A stretch of DNA of 63,799 nucleotides, filler included, from Cladosporium halotolerans (GCF_011745625.1; 32 parts of 32 records of this genome joined end to end with filler, not necessarily neighbours in it); one strand, 5' to 3'; positions 1-13,035 are shown, counted from the whole stretch's first letter. Notes: generated by a model from the sequence alone, not told the origin. Numbers and translations are program-made.

Positions 1-2129
1 ATGGAGCATCGCAGAACGACACGGCTGGAACGGAGAGACAAAGACATTATATGCTGCGATCAAGTTTGTGACGCTTGTGGACCCGCCGCGCTGTACATCC
101 TGGAGGTGACAGCTGGGGCAAAACAGCATGCATCACCACTGGATTGCACCCTGGAAAGCCATCAGCCTGTTGTCGTGGCCATGGGCAACAGCCCATCAAA
201 GCGCGCACGGGACAGAGCAGTCGTACGCCCGGCGACCCAGTGCGGACGGCAAGCAAGATTGAGGCAAGTACGGCGAGGCGGCATGAGCATGTTCGCATCA
301 GGCAGGACACAAGACCGACTCGGCCGAAAAGCGGCGCTGTGCTGCAATGGCGCAGGGTGTGTCACATGATCATCTTCCTCATGCGGCGATGCGAGCCCTT
401 CCCGCGCTTGCAGCACTGCACTGCTCGTGAAGGACAGGGATCATTCTGGCGAGTCGAATTCCGGCAATACTGCTGCCGAGCAACTGAGGGCCTAGAATTA
501 CGGACCGGACGGCTCGACGACCGCGGGCCCGATCACCATAGCCCTTGAAGAACAGGGATGTCGCGCAGCAAACCTAGCGTCGGCGCGATTTTCTGCAAAA
601 GTCGTTGATACTGATGTAATGGCACTTCAGGGCTCCAAGAGATCAACGCTCCTTCGGCCACACGCAGATGTTGCTGCTGTGCGTCACCGGCTCGTCGCTA
701 TACCGTCGAAGGGCGTGCCTAGGCGCTCACGTCTCTTTGGGATTATGCGGAGATCCAAATGCCCCGGCAGTAGTACTGTAGTTCAAAGGCGTTCTGCGAC
801 TCTTGAGTTCTTGAGTGATTTGCGCCTGCTGGCGCCACCTTTTGTGCGTGATTCACGAGCGCTCAGATACTGCTAACCGACCGCGAATCCATCGCTTATC
901 ACAAAAATGACGATCTCTGCGTTAATGCCCTGGCAAATGATCAACGCGGCTTGCATTGACGCGCGTCTATCGGAAGGATTGCATGATCGACGCGAGGACT
1001 GCGTGAGCCAATCTTCATTCTGAACCACGTTTCGGTTTTGTGGCCAATTAAAAACGGCCAGTCCTTGCACACTGGTTCTGAACAAGGCTCTAGACATTTC
1101 CGGGAATCCACCCATTGGCTTGACCTGGGCTACGGAGTGAGGGCAGCCGCCAGAAGTCTGGCCGTTGCATCCTTGCAACCTTCATGGACCAGTCTTGCGC
1201 AAACGCTTGGCTGCCGCGGGGCCAGCCTTCCATCGTGTGCGCACGGTCTCCCGTCGTTGGTGCCAATCTGCGGCAAATCCAATCGCGGGACGGAGTCTCC
1301 GGCGCATACCATCCAGCGCAAGCAGCCGTTGAAAGTTTGCTGCGCTGGTTGCGCCAAACACCCCTGCTAGAATCGCAGACCTGTCGGTTTCTTACAGTGG
1401 TGGGTGGAGGAACGCTTCCGACCACGCGAGTCGAGTCGGTCGATGTCGATGTCGGCCGACGTGAACGCCAAAACCTGGTCGGAGGCCCCTGCTTTGCCCG
1501 TTCCGTTAGCTTCCGTACCATCCCTGCTTATCCAAGAGCGCATGCGATCGACAGCGGCGCCGCGTTCCCTGTGGCCGTTCGACACCATGGAATCGCTCGA
1601 AAGATGGTTATCATCGGCAGCACAATGCGCTTCGAAGGATTGAGCATCGCCGTCGGACTCCAGGTCTCTGTTGCTTGTCCTTGCGGTGTGAATAAGGGCC
1701 AGGCAGGTTGAGGGCTGCACATTTGCTGCGATCAAACTTCCGTACTAGCATATTGACCAACGCGACACAGGATGGCAGGCTGGGGAAAGTTCGCTGGACC
1801 CCAATGACCCACAGCGAGAAAGTGGGACTCTGTACTTCCTTGTCTCGCCCTCCGACCGGACGAGACCCCCGCAGGGATAATTTGAGGGGCTGCGACCCGA
1901 CTGCCTTCACGTGCCGCATGGGTCCTCTGAGGTCCGACACTCGTGAGATGGTTGCATGCGATGCTTCTTGAAAGCGCTCCGCCACGAAATCACGCGCTGC
2001 ACTCGACCGTTCCGTGGGCGAAGCCCAGCTTCCGCCCGTTTCGCATCTTCAGGGCAACTTCCGTGAAAAGCGAGTCACGCGCAGAAGAAGGCAACACCCC
2101 GAAGTGGCCAATGAGATCAATGTCTTCTC

Positions 2130-2229
2130 NNNNNNNNNNNNNNNNNNNNNNNNNNNNNNNNNNNNNNNNNNNNTTAATTAATTAANNNNNNNNNNNNNNN
2201 NNNNNNNNNNNNNNNNNNNNNNNNNNNNN
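2130..2229. other. Artificial contig linker (first of 31; last at 62017-62116)
   Basis: 44 N + TTAATTAATTAA (stops in all six frames) + 44 N, repeated identically; contigs fall in length from about 2.1 to 1.7 kb. Confidence 0.99.
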
Positions 2230-4520
2230 CTGAACAAAGAAATCGATTCGCCGACCAGTGGTGAGATGGGCCGGAGCCTGCCGACAATGCACTCGGTGCG
2301 TCGCCAACGAGGCCAACGGCGTTGCCAAACAGCGATAGCCAGCTCCAGGTGGGAAAGGATCAAACGCTGCTCTTCCCAAAGACCGAGGACCTTTTCCAAG
2401 TGCCAAGCGGCCAGAGGCATCAAGGTGGTGCTTCAGACGGGACAGAGGGGCCGAGTGTGCGGCAGGCTGAGGCACCTTCGGTGTGGACATCTTCATCTTC
2501 CTTCGCCTGCCCTGGTCGTGGCACGGGCGCTGAAAGTGAAGCCGCCCGAAGACGACGCTCCGTCTCGGGGCGCCCGTTCGCCCCGTCGCCGGCGCATCGG
2601 CAGACTCGGTGGGCTTCGGAGTGCCGTTCCAGCATCAAGCCCGACCGGATCCATAGTTGAGCGACCCTGCCAGCCAAAGGCCAAGAAGCGCCTGCGTGGT
2701 CGTGTTGCTACCCGACAGACGCGTCGACGACGGCGTGCGCTGCAGGCCTTGGTCTGGACAATGCTGATGGTGGCCCGTGAAATTAGCATCTGAGGTGCTC
2801 TGCCGCGTGAGGCGCTCGACTTTGGACGCGAAGGTCAACAACGAAGACGAGAGACAGAGGAAGTGGTATGAGAAGAAACATAATGTTGCCAGTGACACCA
2901 GAGGGTGTGCCGCCCGAGTCGTTCCATGTTGGAGTCGCAGTTAAACAGGGGGAAAGGAAGAAACAGAAAGTGGGATGAGAGGAATAAAAAGATGTGGCCA
3001 GCGACACTCAAGGGTGCGTTCACATGGCTTGCTTGACTTACTGTCCTAGCCGCAGCGGTAGCGTCGCGCACGGACGCCCATCCGTTCTCTGGAGAAAACG
3101 GATCGGCGTCCGTGCGCAGCAGCGCCCGGTAGCAGCGCCCGGTCGCAGACCACTGCGCTGAGGCACCTCAGTCAATCTCGACGAACAATGAGGCAAACGA
3201 CATGGCGAAGACGGTCGCACGCCGCCGTCCGCAGGTTGATCTGGCTCATGTCAACGAAAACGTCGTTGGAACGGAAACGGAAACGGAGTGCGGAGTCCAG
3301 AGCGAGTGGCGGCAGCCAGCAAGGGGACGCAGAACCGCACCTGTTTCGTGCAGAGCAGTGGAATGATCGGAAGCTGGCGATGCGGCCAGACGCACCAGAA
3401 GGTACATCTCAAGCGCTTGGCTCGCGATCCCGGCCGCTGTAGCGCTCGATTGCAGACCACTGCGCCGATGCAACTTGGTCACCCTTGACGAACACCGTGG
3501 CAATCGATGTCGGGGACGGTCGCACGCCGCCGTCCGCGGATTGAGCTGGATCGTGACAACGGTGCAACGGTTCGAAAGTAGACGTGGTGCAAAGCCGAAG
3601 GCAAGTGAGGCCCGCCAGCAAGGGAACTCAAGAAGAAAGACATAAAACAGAAAGGGTGCAACGGCGGAGAGATGGAGAGATGGTGGGAGAAGAGGCAGCT
3701 CGAAGGTTGAGGCTTTGCCCTGAAACAAGCCAGGCTGCGTCTTGGCGAGTCTTGGCTCACTCTTGGCGCAAGACGGAATGAATTTGTTTTCCCAGCCTTG
3801 CCGCCCGGCCTTGCCTGCGCATAGGTCCAGGAGGCCCTTCGGCATACGCACCGCTTCATCCTGCTGCCAGAGGTTGGCGACAGCCACACAGCCGTTCGCC
3901 CTGGGCACCAATCGTGTTGCATAAGACCCACCAAGCGCAGGCAAAAGACGGGATCGGGTCGGGTTTTGCGACGTGCGCCCCCCCCCGACCGGCGTGGGAG
4001 AACTCCGTGTGCTGGCCTCCCTGTCGGTCCAACTCGGCTTTGCCGTGCACGCCATGCATTGATCGATTGACTGATTGATGAATTATGTCATACTCGGTTT
4101 CAGCCGCTTTTTCCAGCAGCTATGCACGGTGGAAGAGGGCTCGGCAGACAGCCGACGCGTCCCGTACGGGCCGGCCCACTTTGCCCAGTCTGACACTTGG
4201 ACAAGTTACAAACTGGACCGGTTGCCTCCACAGCCCTCCCTTCCTCTCCTGCCAGCCTTCGCAGACGGTGGTTCACTTGCTGTATTCTCTATCTGCTATG
4301 GTCTCCTCGTTTCTAGCTTGCNNNNNNNNNNNNNNNNNNNNNNNNNNNNNNNNNNNNNNNNNNNNTTAATTAATTAANNNNNNNNNNNNNNNNNNNNNNN
4401 NNNNNNNNNNNNNNNNNNNNNATTGGTGATAGGCCGTAGGGTCAGGTCTGGAATTCTGTCCCCAAGGACAGGAATTTGCGCTGTCCCCAGGGACAAGACT
4501 TCCGCTCCTCCGACCTCCGG

Positions 4521-6260
4521 CCTCCGCTTCTCCGAAAGTTTTCGAATTTCCGAGACTGCCTTGGCTCTCATGTGTTTTGAGACAGAATTGGGAGGCAGAA
4601 AGGCCCAACGCAAGTGATACTCAATCTCTGCTCAGACGCTTGGCCACACTGTACAATGAATCACGCCCCGTCGGACTTACAGTACTACACTGGGCTTCCT
4701 CAATCTGGATGGAAATACACATCGTCTTTGAAGTTTTTGCTCCCTCCAACCATCTTGCACCTCTTTGCAAGCTCTCTATAGGCAGCTCTACATACCTTGC
4801 CCCTCACTGTCTCATCAAAGTTTTTACTCTGCCAGGTCTGTTTGAGAAGGTCTTTTGCCCTCTGCACGGTGGAAGCTTGCGCATCTCTGACTTCGTGGAT
4901 GAAACTCGCAAGTTTTCTTTCGTGCTCACCTTGCAGACCTTCGATTGGTGCTAGGTCGGGTGAGTTGCCAGGGTGATTCACAAATATAATGCCTTGCTGT
5001 TGGATGACGGGTTGCAATAACTGGCGAGCCTTTAGATGCGGTCCGTGATTGTCTTCTTGTATCACCACTCGCCTGCCCGGATTGTGCCTACAGATTTCAC
5101 GATAGTACGGAAAAAGAAGCTTCCTGTACACCTCAAAAGCATACCACACAAAGTTCAGCCTCTTTGTCCCCTCCTTCGGATCATGGCGTTGGTAAGGGAA
5201 AAGGCGCTCTGGAGTCCAGTTCTTAGGGCCTCCACTGTCATCGGCATTGGCACGCATCCAAAGACGTCTGATCTTGACTTGCGTATTCATCCAGACGAGG
5301 TATTGATGTTCTGGCGTGCCATGGATTTCGGCGTGAGCCCGCTGTTCTTCGGTGATCTTCCTCGCCTGTTCGTTACACTCATCCAACTGCTTCTGTAGGT
5401 CCTCGGAAGTCTGATCTCGAAGCTCCCAGACAGTCCAAGGTCTCTTCACAGTGCAGTCATCGCCACAAGCAGCAGCCCACTGCTCGAGTTTGAAACGCGT
5501 TGGCGCACAACTTTGGTATGAGCTCGTGTTGATTGGTAAAGTTACATGTTGATCAGGTGTGCCGCCGAAATGGTAGCCTTTCTCGTCACAACATATGATG
5601 ATCGCCTCTGCTTGGTCCAGCTGTTCAACCTCGAATAGATAAGCCTCAGGTTTTGAGATGTTGGCAGCGCTGAGCTCGTTACGTCTGTACGCACGGTGCC
5701 GCATGTACGCTCTCTGGTCGTCTGGGTCAGCAGCGCACTGCCCAGGGTCTTGCAAGACATTATACACCTGCTGCACCCCTAGTGGTCGGATGTTGTGGTC
5801 GATTTCGCCGAGTACCTGGCGTTCCCTAAGATAGCGGTTGGCTGCGTCATCCATAGCATGAAATGGGTGCTCTCGGACACCTCCACGGACGGTAAGGGAT
5901 ACCTCGTCACCGGGAGCAGCTCTCTTCGGCCTTCCGCTGCGTGGTTGTACACTGACCGCTGCTTGCAAGTCCGCCAGATCTGAGGATGAACTGCGCGCTC
6001 TCGCGGCTTGAATGAGAGTGCTGACAGTTGGCCTTGTCAAGTCCAGTCTTCTTGCAATCTCAGTTTGCGGCATAGCTAGATCAAAAGCGTACGCAATCGC
6101 GCAATGGCGCTTCCACATAGGCGTTTCTGGGCCTCTGCCCATGGTGTGCTGACGCAATGCTGTGGTGTGTTGGCCGTTCTCAGTACGTCTGAGATGCGTC
6201 TTGCGGAGACGGGTGGTCCCATGGCTTGGCAAAGTTCGAAAACTTTCGGAGAATCGGAGG
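4521..6260 (-). mobile_element. IS630/Tc1/mariner-superfamily DNA transposon, about 1.74 kb, 29-bp TIRs
   Basis: 4521-4549 CCTCCGCTTCTCCGAAAGTTTTCGAATTT is the inverted repeat (27/29) of 6232-6260 and brackets a transposase ORF. Confidence 0.85.
4700..6142 (-). CDS. Tc1/IS630-like DDE transposase (about 480 aa from first ATG)
   Basis: N-terminal HTH (QTEIARRLDLTRPTVSTLI), PRSGRP linker, catalytic CCDEK ... QEDN ... HPGNSPDLAPIE. Confidence 0.9.
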   Translation of the reverse strand: MGRGPETPMWKRHCAIAYAFDLAMPQTEIARRLDLTRPTVSTLIQAARARSSSSDLADLQAAVSVQPRSGRPKRAAPGDEVSLTVRGGVREHPFHAMDDAANRYLRERQVLGEIDHNIRPLGVQQVYNVLQDPGQCAADPDDQRAYMRHRAYRRNELSAANISKPEAYLFEVEQLDQAEAIIICCDEKGYHFGGTPDQHVTLPINTSSYQSCAPTRFKLEQWAAACGDDCTVKRPWTVWELRDQTSEDLQKQLDECNEQARKITEEQRAHAEIHGTPEHQYLVWMNTQVKIRRLWMRANADDSGGPKNWTPERLFPYQRHDPKEGTKRLNFVWYAFEVYRKLLFPYYREICRHNPGRRVVIQEDNHGPHLKARQLLQPVIQQQGIIFVNHPGNSPDLAPIEGLQGEHERKLASFIHEVRDAQASTVQRAKDLLKQTWQSKNFDETVRGKVCRAAYRELAKRCKMVGGSKNFKDDVYFHPD

Positions 6261-6595
6261 GGAGCTTAGGGTCTGTACGTTCCTTGGCCGAGGCTGAAGC
6301 TTACGCCAAGCCTCGGCTAACGTTAATCGCCTCTTCGCGACTCCAAGCAGAGACTGACAGGATCTCGTATTGGACGTAAGCTTTGCAGTTAAAGGATTGG
6401 AAGCGATAGCAGGAATTAATGTGGAGCTGGGTTGTTGGATGTACACGTATTGTACCGCGCAAAAAGAAAAATTTACTCGGTGCATCTGGGGCACANNNNN
6501 NNNNNNNNNNNNNNNNNNNNNNNNNNNNNNNNNNNNNNNTTAATTAATTAANNNNNNNNNNNNNNNNNNNNNNNNNNNNNNNNNNNNNNNNNNNN

Positions 6596-7846
6596 CATCG
6601 ATGGCATTGACTGGATACGCAACAACTCTGAGCGATGCGAGTACGACAAGACGATAGGCACCAATGCGCAAAGCGATGCCTACACAGCCGCACTAGCTTC
6701 GATCGAAGTGGGACTCGGTTTGGTCGTCAGTGCGGTGTACGACAATACACTGTCGGCGCGCGTGCGAGGCCGAGTCACGCACGTGCTCACCAACAACCGC
6801 ACCGTTCTGGTCACGTTGCGGAATGGCACCCGAAGGTCCGGACAATGGATCATCAGCGGGATTCTAAAACATGTGAGACGTCTGAAAGAGTCGCACAACC
6901 GCGTGGTCTTCACGTGGGCCCCGGTGAGCCCGATCTTCGAATTGGGGCAAAAGGCAAAGCAGCTAGCGCAGCGATCTACGGACGAGGGACGAGTGATCAG
7001 AGACCGGCCCAGGTTGACCAGGAGTATGGTTCAAAAGACACAAGAACGCCTGAGGCGAGCGACTGAGCAGGTGCCGGCGACTGTCGGGGAATCCGTACGC
7101 AGAATCGACACTGCCTGGCCTGGAAGTCACACTCGACGCATGTACGACGAGCTCAGCAAGAGACAGGCGAGCATTCTCGCGCAGCTCCGCACGGGCATGA
7201 CCCCTCTGAATGGGTATTTGCACAACATCAAGGCAGTGGAATCGAACCTTTGCGAGTGTGGCGAAGCAGTTGAGTCAAGAGAACATTTTGTCTTTCACTG
7301 TGCCAGGTGGACTGAGCAGCGGAGAATCTTGGGTGTGTACACAGACGAGGACGATTTCTCGCGTTTGCTCGGAGGCAAATCCGCAATGGACACTGACGAC
7401 TGGACACCGGACATAAATGCCGTGCGAGCTGTGATTCACTTCACACTAGCCACCAAACGATTCGAACATGACAGCAACGAGCGAGTCCGAGTGACACGAT
7501 AACTCAGACCGTGGACGTCGACAAGAAAGCCGTACCCTACTAACCCTCAACGCCGCAACGCCGCAACGCCCCACACCCTCGTACACACGGCAGGTCCCCG
7601 CTTCATCCGCTGGAGATAGGACGATGAACACTTGGAAACACAGCTTCAAGAGCGCCCGCCGACCGCCAAGCACGAGCACATGGAGACTAGAAGCAGCACG
7701 CACTATTTGGAGAGCTCTCAGTGACGAGAAACAGTGGGCAAGGAGTTTTGTTATGTTAACCCCGCCAGATTGCATGTATACTTTGTGACGTACATAGTGC
7801 AGTGCCCTTTAGGTGCTTAGCGCCGGGCGGAATAAATTCATCATCA
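6596..7846 (+). mobile_element. Tad1-like LINE 3' part (degenerate RNase H, zinc knuckle, 3'UTR, (CAT)n tail)
   Basis: ORF to 7502 with LAQLRTGMTPLNGYLH and CECGEAVESREHFVFHC; ends GGCGGAATAAATTCATCATCA. Confidence 0.85.
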
Positions 7847-8658
7847 CGTCCCTAGACACCAGCGCGTCGGTCAGGAACCAGCTGGTCGGTATCGGTGGCG
7901 CGATCGAGAGCATAGATCGGATCAGAAACCACACTGCGCGACACGGGTACGACAAGAATTAGGCACTATCGGGCAGAGTGATGCATACACAGCCGCTCTG
8001 GCCTCGATCGAGGCAGGTCTTGGTTTTGTTGTCGGCGCGGTGTACGCGGGGACTTTATTGGCGCGAGTACACGGCCACACCGTGCGCGTGTTCACCAACA
8101 ACCGTACTGTCCTAACCACGTTAAGAGCTTCCCCAAAAGGGACCAGACAATGGATCATCGGTGGGATTCTGAAACATGTAGAATTCTTGAAAGGATTCGC
8201 CCTCCGCGTAGTATTTGCGTGGGCTCCAGTTAGTTCTATCTTCGTGCTCGGGCAAAGAGCGAAACAGCTCGCGCAGCGATCCACTGAGGAAGGGCGAGTG
8301 GCCAGTGACCGACCCAGACTGACCAAGTAAATCGTTCTAAAAGCCCAACAACGCCTGGCGCAAGCGACTGCGCAGATGCCGACGACATTCGGTGAAGCAG
8401 TGCGCAGAATCGACGCTGCGTGGCCTGGCAACCACACGCGGCGCGTGTATGACGAGCTCAGCAAAAGACTGGCGAGTGTCCTCTGGCAGCTTCGCACAGG
8501 GATGACACCACTGAACATGTACTTGCACAACATCAAAGCAGTGGGAACGAATCTCTGTGAATGCGGCGAGGCAGTCGAGTCGAGAGAACATTTCATCTTT
8601 CACTGTGTCAGGTGGAGCGAACAACGGCAGATTTTGGGCATATGGACAGGCGATGAGG
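7847..8658 (+). pseudogene. Second, degenerate copy of the same LINE (RNase H/zinc knuckle region)
   Basis: Paralogous to 6596-7350; in-frame stop at 8328-8330; CECGEAVESREHFIFHC. Confidence 0.85.
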
Positions 8659-8758
8659 NNNNNNNNNNNNNNNNNNNNNNNNNNNNNNNNNNNNNNNNNN
8701 NNTTAATTAATTAANNNNNNNNNNNNNNNNNNNNNNNNNNNNNNNNNNNNNNNNNNNN

Positions 8759-10778
8759 GGGTACCGGGCGACCTGGTGGCCTGGATCGAAAGCTTTTGCA
8801 ACGGACGGAAAGCTTCAGTAGTTGTAGGTGATTTCGAATCGCCAATTTCGAAGATCGAACACGCTGGCATCCCTCAAGGGTCGCCGCTCTCTCCAAAACT
8901 GTACGTCTTTTACAAAGCAAACTTTGTGCAGGGCCACATCAGTAAGGGTGAAGGCTCCATCGGCTTCATCGACAACTACAACGCGTGGGTAAGTGGGTCG
9001 AGCGGGGCAGAGAACACGAGAAAGCTGCAAACGCAGCTGCTACCTAGAGCAGAGAAGTGGGTACGAGAAAGTGGCGCGGTGTTCGGAGCCGAGAAGAGGG
9101 CCTTCATTCACTTCATTCGGCCGCTGCAACCAGATAGAGGGCCATCGAGCCACTTGATGTTTGGCAACCAAACGATCGCACCAAAGCGCAGTGTGAAGAT
9201 TCTGGGCATCACACTCGACTCAGGACTATCCATGGACGAACACGTGTCGAAAGCCGTAGCAAAAGCGATCGGCAAGTGTATGGCTTTGAGGAAGATTCGT
9301 GGCGTCTGACCAGCGCAGATGCGCCAGATTTACATGGCAGCCGTAGTGCTCACGACGGACTACGCCGCGGCGACATGGTACGCGCCCTCGCGCATCGGAG
9401 TCAAAAGGCACGTGGTCGCTCTCAAGCGAGTGCAACGCCTTGCCTCAAGACTGATCTTACAGGCGTACAAGTCTGTCACGATGCTTGTCCTACAGAGTGA
9501 AGCAAAGCTGCAGTCGGTGAGCGAAAGGCTACACGAGCGTGTGTCGAATCACTTGATCAAGCTGTGTAGCCTTGTAGCACTGCATATCATGGTTCCCACG
9601 ACAAGGCTCAGCGTTCTCAAGTCCGTTGAGGGCGGTTTATGAGAAGTATGAGGTACAATCGGAGCCAGAGCCGGGCTTGCGGATCAGTGAACGACTTTCG
9701 TGGGCGATTCCGCCATGGCAGTCTGGCAGGGTCGGTCACGTACTTGGAGCCGGCCGAAGCAGTGCAGCTCTGTCGCTCGCTTCGATTCCGGGGTGCCTAC
9801 CTGTACTACGCGGCTGCGGCGACACAGGACGGACGTTATGGCGCAGCGGCAACTATCAAGTACCGGATGACGACCGGCACGGTCAAGCAGCAAGCGATGG
9901 CGGAGGCTTCGACGTGCTCACCTGTCAGTGCCGAGCTGACGGCCATACTATACGCGATCGAGCATGCAAGGGACACACTGCGCAAGACGGCGCATGTCTA
10001 CGTAGCGACAACAAGTAAAGAGGCACTGTCGGCCATCGAAAAAGGCCAGAAGGTGGGGTGCGGAAGAGAGGTGGCGCACAACGATGCCGTCCTCGAGATG
10101 GAGAGCGACGGTCATCGAGTCACGGTCTTCCTCGTTCCTGGTGACAAAGGCATTCGCGGCGTTACAGAAGCAAAGCGTGCAGCAGCATCAACCATCGACA
10201 ACGGCAGCGAACTCACAGCCGCCCCTGCCGAGAGGGTGCGCGAGCTGTCGGAAGTGCTGCGCTTGGTTTAGGCAGAGCGGGCCAAGGGTCCGCATACCAC
10301 CGAGGACGACGTCTGCGTGAAGTACTACACGTAGAAGATGGACAGAGCCTGGTCGGGCAAGCACACGCTCCATCTTTACGGAGCGCCGTCTTCCGACGAG
10401 GCTTCCATCTTGGGGCAGGCTCGGACGGAGCACTGCGAGCTGAACGCCTGTCTCTTCAGGAAGAAGCTCGTAGACAGTCCGGCGTGCGAGTGCGGACGTG
10501 GCGACGAGACAGTACTACACGTGCTGCTGCGCTGCGACAAGTATGCTGAAGCTCGCAAGGCTTTGCGGGAGGCAGCAGGCGACAGGTGGGGTGACGCTTC
10601 GTACTTGCTGGGAGGATGGAGCGGCCGGAAGAATATTAGAACGGGCAAGCTCGTGGACGGCCCACGCGAAAGCTGGAAGCCGGATCTGAAGGTGGTCAAA
10701 GCTTCCATCCGTTTTCTTTATCAGACTGGCAGACTGTCTCGTTCTTCGTACATGAGGGTCGGGCGAGGTGTTGGCTAA
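8759..10778 (+). mobile_element. Degenerate Tad1-like LINE ORF2 (RT C-terminal half, RNase H, zinc knuckle)
   Basis: GIPQGSPLSP, GFIDNY (decayed F/YxDD), VKILGITLDSGL, AELTAI, CECGRGDETVLHVLLRC; several stops and frameshifts. Confidence 0.9.
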
Positions 10779-12595
10779 TCTCTCGGGTCATGAGTGCAAG
10801 NNNNNNNNNNNNNNNNNNNNNNNNNNNNNNNNNNNNNNNNNNNNTTAATTAATTAANNNNNNNNNNNNNNNNNNNNNNNNNNNNNNNNNNNNNNNNNNNN
10901 GGCACGGGCGCGAGATAGATCAGGGATACGACGTGTCGGCTGTTTTTGAGGAGGACCCATCCAAGCGGCTCCCCTTCCGTGTGTCCACGGCACAAGCAAG
11001 AGGGCTGGCTCTTAAACCCAGACTGGACGACAACGCGAGGAGAGTGTGGGATGTCCAAACATCTGCAGCTCACGCCTTCCGCTCGTGGTGGTCAACATCC
11101 GCGAGTCGCTAGACAGTATTCTCAACTGCGTTTGAGAAAGAGTGCTAATGACAGCCCCTTATTTTCCTCACCGCCTGGCCGCGGATGTCACAATCGGAAA
11201 GATTCCGACCTTTGACTACCCAAAGGCCCCGACCCAATTCGGTCATATCTTGATGCGAGCCAAAGCGCTCAGCACTGCATTGGCATGGACCATGTCTATA
11301 GTTGTATCCTCAAAGCGTTGAATCTACCTCGCGACCACAATCAAAGCATCAGCCCAATAAGCTGTGTGATACGACCGCGCAGCCGACTATATGTTGTTCG
11401 ATCTTCCAGGGCCGCGCGAATTCTAACGCCCACGTCGATCAACTACATCGCGCCTTACGCTTCGTCTTTGGCCAGTGCTATAGCGCAACCTCGTTTTGCG
11501 GCGAATGACAATGAGCTGTTCCAGCACACGGATGGCGTACAGCTGTGATCACTACGTATTTAAGTTACCGCACAATTTGCCGAGCCGACCAGGAATGATG
11601 AACGACAATGACCATGTTCAGCGCTGCAACGCAAGCAAAATGGTCAATGATTGGTTTGGGTGAGTGCTTTTCCACTTGACTTCCTGTTCACATGCTCACG
11701 TTCTCTCAGAAAGAGGGTGCAGCGATGTTGCTGTAAGCAGGTGCCTCGAAAATGTCGCCTTAACTGACATCCGGCAGTGTTGTGTACGTCGCCATCCGCA
11801 TTTACGCAATTCTATATCTACGACAAGTTCACATGCGAAGTGCTGATTGTCAAGGCGGAAGAAGCGAAGAGAGTGGCTCCGCTCAGACTTAGAGAAGGCA
11901 CGGGTTACGAGGTGCTGATGTTCACGCATGAGGAGGAGTAGCCTTGGATTCGCTCAGACCACGTGCGATCTGGTGTCAAATGCACTATATTGAGAATCGA
12001 TCAAGAAGCGCGCGCAGTGGAATGCACGATGTGCTCGAGATCAATCTTGTCCATAGTTGTACTCAATACACCTGTGCCGATCGCCTTGTTGCTGGGTCGC
12101 TCTTAATGACAGATTGAATGCAGCTGCAGACGCTTTGATGAAGCGAGCCGAGCTCGAGGCGCTGCTGTGGAACGCTCTCGACCTTGATCGCTGATCATCA
12201 ACGCTTGTATGCCTGCCCTCGCCAGTGCCCTCAGCCGCCAGCTTTGCTTCGCCTATCTCGCCTACCATGTGATACTTTGATCCACCGAGCTAGTGACTCT
12301 GGTCCTCGGGAGTCGTCATGCGAAGACGGCGCAGTCCTGATGCTGGACGCCCGATGTTTTTTGCGGTATCGTGAAACGATCTTCTAGACTAGCATGGCAT
12401 TGACCATCACTGTTCTTCATGAGCGGCTTTTATGCTACCCTTAAGGTACTCGGTATCCATAGCTTCATTCGGCACCCGTCAACCTTGTTAGTCGACCCAC
12501 ACACCATACAAGAGAGATCGCAAAACATCAACACGGGTAAGCACTCTTGATGGTCAGCTCTGCCAAAGTGAGAAACTGCCCGCATCAATCCCGAG

Positions 12596-12935
12596 ATGCC
12601 TCGCGGCGAGTGTGAATCCTGGTCCTCCAACAGCGATTTCCATCCCGGCGCCGAATACGACCTTTGTGACCGGCTGGCAGAAGGCGTTTATCACACTGTT
12701 TTTGCTGCATCACACAAAGAATCCCAGCAGCAAGTCGCCATCCTCAGATCAATCCCGTTCGAACATCTGGAATGCGGTCTGCGCGTCTTGCGCGTGATCA
12801 AGCTGCTCCGTCACTTTCACCACGAAAACATAATTTCGGTCTTAGACGTCCCTCGACCGCGCAACTCTGAGTCCTGTCAAGAGGTCTACATTGTCCAAGA
12901 GTTGATGGAAACGGACATGCAGTCGCTCATAATGG
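12596..12935 (+). CDS. Fus3/Kss1(PMK1)-like MAP kinase paralogue, N-lobe only (contig end); catalytic residues substituted
   Basis: KLLRHFHHENIISVLDV...EVYIVQELMETDM matches Fus3/Kss1 MAPKs; GEGAYG changed to AEGVYH, VAIK to VAIL, LRE to LRV. Confidence 0.8.
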
Positions 12936-13035
12936 NNNNNNNNNNNNNNNNNNNNNNNNNNNNNNNNNNNNNNNNNNNNTTAATTAATTAANNNNNNNNN
13001 NNNNNNNNNNNNNNNNNNNNNNNNNNNNNNNNNNN

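Noticed and set aside
1..4321. Many overlapping 60-270 aa ORFs in the first two contigs
   Set aside because: GC-rich, R/S/P/A-rich translations with no recognisable motifs or convincing splice structure
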